A stretch of 64,000 bases of DNA from an uncultured Chloroflexia bacterium (GTDB lineage: Bacteria > Chloroflexota > Chloroflexia > QHBQ01 > JADMIH01), in NCBI GenBank assembly GCA_963797095.1, contig CAWCNY010000006.1:288001-352000 (forward strand). The letters are read 5' to 3'. The first letter of the stretch is position 1, and every line of letters begins with the position of its first letter. The notes beneath the pieces were generated by a model. The model worked only from the letters and a program-made list of their open reading frames with translations. It had not been told where the DNA came from and made no database searches. The translations under genes and the position numbers were made by a program. Below, one piece after another: positions 61,457 through 64,000 of this stretch.

Positions 61457-61926
61457 TGTTGCTCTCTTTCGCCCGGTTGGCGTACTTTGCGGCCTCTTCC
61501 TGAAGCTCCTGGTCCCACTGTTCGTGCGGCATAGAACTATTGATCTCGATCAGGTTGCCGTCGGGGTCGCGCAGGTGGGCGGTCCTGATGCCCCAATCTG
61601 GGTGGCTGGTCGGGTTGGTTACGAAGACGGCCCCGCGATTCTGTTAACTCCAGGTAAGTGGCGTCGATATTGTCCACGCCGAAGATCAGGGCAAGGCGGT
61701 CCTGGGTTGCGCCAGGGGCGGCTAAGGGTAAATTGCCGGTGCCCAACTCGACCGACATGGCGGCGCGGTCAAAGAGCGCGAGGCCGCACCCCTCGCCTAC
61801 CTCGAACTCGCCGTAGCCGCCCTCGCCCTCGCCGCCCCATACGGGCCTGAGGCCCATCACGTCCCTGTAGAAGCGGAACGAGGCGGCAAAATCGCCTACC
61901 AGCAGGCGTACATAGGTCAGCTTCAT
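61449..61926 (-). pseudogene. VOC/glyoxalase protein with one frameshift (or sequencing error)
   Basis: YVRLLV.DF..SFRFYRDV.G; removing one A near 61645 restores GAVFVT.P...PDWGIRTAHLRDPDGNLIEI. Confidence 0.75.
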
Positions 61927-61996
61927 AGCGCTCTCCTTAAAGTGATGCGGCCTGGAAGAGTAGCCATCTCCCAGGCTGCGATTTTCGCCCATTTGC

Positions 61997-62137
61997 ACAC
62001 ACCAACAGGTTTAAGGAAGGGTTCATTCTTGAGATCGTCGTGTTCTACGATTGAACTACCGGCCCATATGTGGCGGGCCAGAGGGGATTTGAACCCCTAT
62101 CCGACGGATTCCGACCCGATCCGCTAGATTTGGCGTT
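61997..62137 (-). ncRNA. circularly permuted tRNA-like RNA, unit 2 (YrlA/Y-RNA-like)
   Basis: T-arm AGGGGTTCAAATCCCCT (62082-62098), CTGGCCC-GCCA, short linker, GGGCCGG, TA, D-arm GTTC..GAAC; no anticodon loop; ends ACGCCAA/TTGGTGT can pair. Confidence 0.75.
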
Positions 62138-62156
62138 CGGCGAGGATGCTTATGCT

Positions 62157-62322
62157 GGAGTGATAACCTTATTCTGGGGTGGCGTTCACGCTGCCTCTGC
62201 CGATTGGGCTACCCCGGCGTGTTGTGGGTGCCGGGGGTAGGATTCGAACCTACACTGTGGTGGTCGCTGCCTTCAGTTTTAGCTTCAGTCTCATTTTGCT
62301 TCAGTCTCAGCTTTTGCACTCC
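62157..62322 (-). ncRNA. circularly permuted tRNA-like RNA, unit 1 (YrlA/Y-RNA-like), with three ACTGAAG repeats
   Basis: TATAAT at 62329-62334; T-arm GTAGGTTCGAATCCTAC (62237-62253), CCCCGGC, loop, GCCGGGG, TA, D-arm GCCC..AGGC; ends GGAGTG/CACTCC can pair. Confidence 0.75.
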
Positions 62323-62410
62323 ACCTTTATTATAGGCGAAGCCATGCTGCCAGGGCAATCGGGCGAAAGACGGAGATTCAGCCATGTGAACCTTCGTCTT
62401 TCGTCCTTCG

Positions 62411-62788
62411 TTAGTCTTTGAAGATGTACTGGAAGACCTTCTCGCCGACCTTCTGCTCCTGGGTTTCGGTGTTGTTAGCTTCCTCGCGGGCGAACTTGAT
62501 CGCCTGCTGTAGACGCTCAACGCGCTCCAGGATCTCGTTCACATGCTGGGCCGGAAGGGCACCGGAGAACTTGATGGTTCGCCAGTAGCCGATGGTCACA
62601 TCCTCGTAGTAGACCTCGACCTGGGCAGGGTGGTGCTCGGTGGCCTCGGCCTTTACGTGGTTGCGTGGGATCTTCTTGGTACGCAGGGTTTGCACCGGCT
62701 CGGTGGCATAGCAGTCTTGCGAAGTGTCGAAGGTCCAGGTGTTAGATGCATCGAGGACGGGGAGCTTCTTTACAAAGGTATGGATGTC
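62411..62788 (-). pseudogene. 5'-truncated conserved hypothetical gene
   Basis: DIHTFVKKLPVLD...RTKKIPRNHVKAEATEHHPAQVEVYYEDV..GYW.TIKFSGALP...KFAREEAN recalls an uncharacterised actinobacterial/phage family; in-frame stop just upstream and no start codon. Confidence 0.65.
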
Positions 62789-62850
62789 GCAACATCCATG
62801 TTTCGTAGTCGAGGTATGTGTCGAGGATATTCATTGGTTGCTACTCAACA

Positions 62851-63537
62851 TTACGAAAGGTGCTCGCGCAGGAAGGCGATGGTGCGCTCCCATGCCAACC
62901 TGGATGCCTCGGCGTCGTATTCGGGGCGATTGTGCTCGAAGAACCAGTGCTTGGTGTTGGGGTAGGTATAGAAGTCGGCTATGTGTCCGGCGGCTTTTAT
63001 GCGGGATTCGAGAACAGGCACATCTTCAGTAGACTCGTACTGGTCATTGGCGGCCCAGTGACCCTGCAAAGGCGCGGTTGCGTTCTCGGGATAGTCGGCA
63101 TTCCACTCGCTTGCCCCGTAAAATACAACTACAGCGGCTATCTCAGGCCGCAGGGTGGCAAGCCATGTGACGTAGGCCGCGCCCATTGAGAAGCCAATCG
63201 CGCCGATACGTGCGCTTTGCACGTTGGGGCTGTTCAGCAGATAGTCGAGCGCGACCTGCTCTTTGGCGATGGCTTTTTCAGCGCCCCCCTCTCCTTCGAG
63301 GGCTGAGACAGACGCTTCGGCTTCGGGGATTGTGGTGGCAATATGCCCCTCGTAGAGGTCGGGCGCAAGCACCGTGAAGCCCTCGGCGGCCAGGCGGTCG
63401 GCAAGTTCGGTGAAGATTTCGTTCAAGCCCCACCAGGCATGGCAGAGCAGCACGCCCGGTCCCTTGCCTCCTTTAGCCTCGGAGAAATATGCGCGAAGAT
63501 TGCTTCCTTCCGGGTCGACCTGTATGAATGTACCCAT
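62851..63537 (-). CDS. dienelactone hydrolase family protein
   Basis: HAWWGLN, LAPDLY, GFSMG, FYG, Y....HWF, AWERT..FL. Confidence 0.88.
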   Translation of the reverse strand: MGTFIQVDPEGSNLRAYFSEAKGGKGPGVLLCHAWWGLNEIFTELADRLAAEGFTVLAPDLYEGHIATTIPEAEASVSALEGEGGAEKAIAKEQVALDYLLNSPNVQSARIGAIGFSMGAAYVTWLATLRPEIAAVVVFYGASEWNADYPENATAPLQGHWAANDQYESTEDVPVLESRIKAAGHIADFYTYPNTKHWFFEHNRPEYDAEASRLAWERTIAFLREHLS

Positions 63538-63563
63538 CGTGTTGAACCTCCTTGTTGTTGGTG

Positions 63564-64000
63564 CTAGTCAGTAGAGGTGCCCACTTCGGCGGCGTCCGCG
63601 GTTTCCGCTACTAACGCCTGGAAAGCGGGGTCGTTGTGCAGCAACGCAAGCTCGGGGTCTTTCATGCTCCCCGCACGAAGGTCTGGCACACGGGCAAACG
63701 CCTCGCGAAGCGTGGTGAGCGCCAGATCGTGCTGGCCTGTTTGAGCGTAGAAGCAGCCCAGGTTGTAGACTATGTAGCCGAAAGCCTGCGTGTCCCCAAT
63801 TAAGCGGCGGGCGGTGTTAATCGCCTTCTCACGCACGGCGCTGGCGCGCGCCACGTTGCCAGACTCCAGGTAGAATTGCGCGTAGTGCTCGGAAGGGTGA
63901 TCGTAGGTGGAGACGAAAACGGTGGTCCATAGTGGAAATCCCTCGCGCCATGGGAAGCGCGTTGGATCGCTCAGGTCGGCTTCGCTACACGTTTCGAGCG
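63564..64000 (-). CDS. DinB-like plus TPR-like protein (start beyond window)
   Basis: Open frame from the edge: ...[16 protein letters not shown]...[10 protein letters not shown]...AL..L..A. Confidence 0.6.
   Translation of the reverse strand, partial: LETCSEADLSDPTRFPWREGFPLWTTVFVSTYDHPSEHYAQFYLESGNVARASAVREKAINTARRLIGDTQAFGYIVYNLGCFYAQTGQHDLALTTLREAFARVPDLRAGSMKDPELALLHNDPAFQALVAETADAAEVGTSTD

Noticed and set aside
61641-61650. Programmed frameshift in the VOC gene
   Set aside because: No slippery heptamer or stimulatory structure; a single-base insertion or sequencing error is more likely
62040-62100. Two-piece permuted tmRNA
   Set aside because: No G3-U70 alanine identity pair, a full D-arm is present, and there is no room for a tag reading frame
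62040-62255. Canonical tRNA genes
   Set aside because: Halves are in reversed order and lack anticodon loops; joining the 5' half of unit 1 to the 3' half of unit 2 gives a mismatched acceptor stem

Overview
GC-rich bacterial chromosomal segment, most consistent with a Chloroflexota genome (inferred from glyQS-type GlyRS with a T-box, F420-dependent enzymes and abundant heptamer and REP-like intergenic repeats). The backbone is housekeeping and metabolic: tandem Opp/Dpp permeases, GT9/GT4 glycosyltransferases, glyQS, an FTR1 plus imelysin-like iron uptake pair, xerD, comA, paaR-paaA-(LLM)-paaBCD, a PyrR-attenuated operon (AsnRS paralogue, pyrD-like, pyrF-pyrE fusion), pepQ-efp-accB, TauE pair, clpP-like, dppA, a linalool dehydratase/isomerase homologue, a ytrA-type ABC operon and secG. 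Signals the ORF track misses: (1) a complete IS3 element (12282-15082, AAG target duplication) whose transposase is split by two different group IIA introns that have lost almost all of their RT gene; splicing both restores a 304-aa OrfB; (2) two tandem circularly permuted, anticodon-less tRNA-like RNAs (Y-RNA/YrlA-like) at about 61990-62325 with no Ro60/Rsr gene in the window, lying behind a truncated conserved hypothetical gene; (3) two probable selenoproteins with in-frame UGA plus a SECIS-like hairpin, a UxxC glutaredoxin and a membrane CcdA/MauF-like protein; (4) an IS4-family pseudogene inserted in the centre of a perfect REP palindrome; (5) a small islet flanked by 35-bp direct repeats with a restriction-modification relic; (6) a DnaA-box cluster. 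All family calls come from motif recognition by eye; no database searches were run.
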